A stretch of DNA of 55,725 nucleotides from a virus (lineage: Duplodnaviria > Caudoviricetes): the IMG/VR virus record IMGVR_UViG_3300046001_005126, positions 1 to 55,725 of that record. The stretch is one strand, 5' to 3'. Shown one piece after another: positions 54,817 through 55,725 of this stretch. Both the position numbers and the translations under genes were made by a program. The number at the start of each line of letters is the position of its first letter. Within the stretch, counting starts at the first letter, position 1. The notes below the pieces were generated by a model. It searched no databases, was not told the DNA's origin, and saw only the letters and a program-made list of their open reading frames with translations.

Positions 54817-54859
54817 TTGTATTAATACAAACATATCTTTTTGTATTAATACAAAAAGA
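54817..54859. promoter_or_regulatory. Two perfect palindromes TTGTATTAATACAA, putative operators
   Basis: 54817-54830 and 54841-54854; the second extends to a 24-bp palindrome (54836-54859). Confidence 0.7.
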
Positions 54860-54944
54860 CAAAGATATCCGATTTTCGGCTGTCCTTATTATCTATCCCG
54901 GCAGATCGCTGATCATTATTCCGATAATATTTCTACCAATTGTC

Positions 54945-54972
54945 TTGACGAGTGTTTTCATTGCGTTAGACT
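54945..54972 (+). promoter_or_regulatory. Sigma70-like early promoter
   Basis: TTGACG-N16-TAGACT with AT-rich upstream sequence. Confidence 0.65.
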
Positions 54973-55017
54973 GCCGATAGTTCATTTTGACAATTCAACA
55001 CTTTTGGAGATTGAACC

Positions 55018-55230
55018 ATGCGACTAACAGTAATTCCAGCCTATGGGCGAGACTACAAGAGCGCCAAAGCAGTAAAGGCCGACTTCGATTCAAACAAGGA
55101 CTTCCTGATCTGCGATATGAGTTCACCGGATGACGGACGATACGTTAACGCTGATGACTTGAAAACAGGCGATACGCTTTACATCCGTTACGCTCGCAAC
55201 ACGAAGCAAACGAATTGCACTAAGAAGTAG
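55018..55230 (+). CDS. Conserved small phage protein
   Basis: PAYGRDYKS..V..DF...KDF motif; ggag RBS. Confidence 0.75.
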   Translation: MRLTVIPAYGRDYKSAKAVKADFDSNKDFLICDMSSPDDGRYVNADDLKTGDTLYIRYARNTKQTNCTKK

Positions 55231-55278
55231 CCCACGTTTCCCCGTTTTCCATTTTTCACCATTCAAGGAATTCAGACC

Positions 55279-55668
55279 ATGACTCAGAACACTATCAATC
55301 TGCGCAGCACCGCGACCCTGACAGCATACGTCAAGACAACCGACAAGATGCGGACACTCGCCAAGCAATTGAACGAGCTATCGAAGATGGAAGCGAAACT
55401 CCGGCCTGAAGTATTGGAAGCAATCGGCGATCGCAGGGAAATCGCCGTTCGTGGCCAGGTGAGGATTCTAGAGCCGAGCATTAAGGAGAGCATCGGCCAG
55501 GAAGACGCGGAGCGCACCGTAGAAGTATTCCGGGAACTCGGTTTGCCATTGAACACCCGCAGCGCCGAATACGTAGCTCCAGCATCGTTCAGCAAACTGG
55601 TGCGCGATGGAGTTGTTCCTGACGAACTGATCAAACGAACTTCCGAGTCTATCGTCATCGTCCACTAA
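55279..55668 (+). CDS. Hypothetical protein
   Basis: aagga RBS; 129 aa; followed by a hairpin. Confidence 0.7.
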   Translation: MTQNTINLRSTATLTAYVKTTDKMRTLAKQLNELSKMEAKLRPEVLEAIGDRREIAVRGQVRILEPSIKESIGQEDAERTVEVFRELGLPLNTRSAEYVAPASFSKLVRDGVVPDELIKRTSESIVIVH

Positions 55669-55724
55669 GAACCCACCACCACCGCGCGGAATTGTCCGCG
55701 CGGTTTTCCATTTTCAGCATTTGA
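55599..55724. repeat. Terminal direct repeat / assembly overlap (copy 2)
   Basis: Identical to bases 1-126. Confidence 0.95.
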
Positions 55725-55725
55725 T

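Noticed and set aside
1-55725. Alternative genetic code or lysogeny module
   Set aside because: Genes are full length and tightly coupled under the standard code; no integrase, recombinase or partition genes were recognised.

Overview
The window is an apparently complete, circularly permuted tailed-phage (siphovirus-like) genome of about 55.6 kb; bases 1-126 repeat exactly at 55599-55724. It carries a terminase-portal-protease-capsid-tail module (3.4-19.4 kb) with a canonical -1 tail-chaperone frameshift. The virion proteins are unusually Cys-rich and include a tail protein with a ~265-residue serine-rich repeat, followed by an ~11.4 kb cluster of glycosyltransferase-, methyltransferase-, cytidylyltransferase- and radical-SAM-like genes. 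Where a lysis cassette is expected there are membrane proteins, a papain-like peptidase, a thioredoxin and a membrane PAS protein, with no recognisable endolysin. The replication/early half has a Prim-Pol, SNF2 and UvrD-like helicases, a Dam-like methylase, VRR-NUC, several HNH/AP2 genes and a csrA homolog missed by the ORF track. Non-coding finds include three tandem tRNA-like cloverleafs, complementary-loop hairpins ahead of HNH genes, an origin-like insert inside the helicase gene, and a repeat/palindrome control region. No integrase, DNA polymerase or CRISPR array was recognised. A Planctomycetota host is a weak inference only. All product calls come from motif recognition by eye, not database searches.
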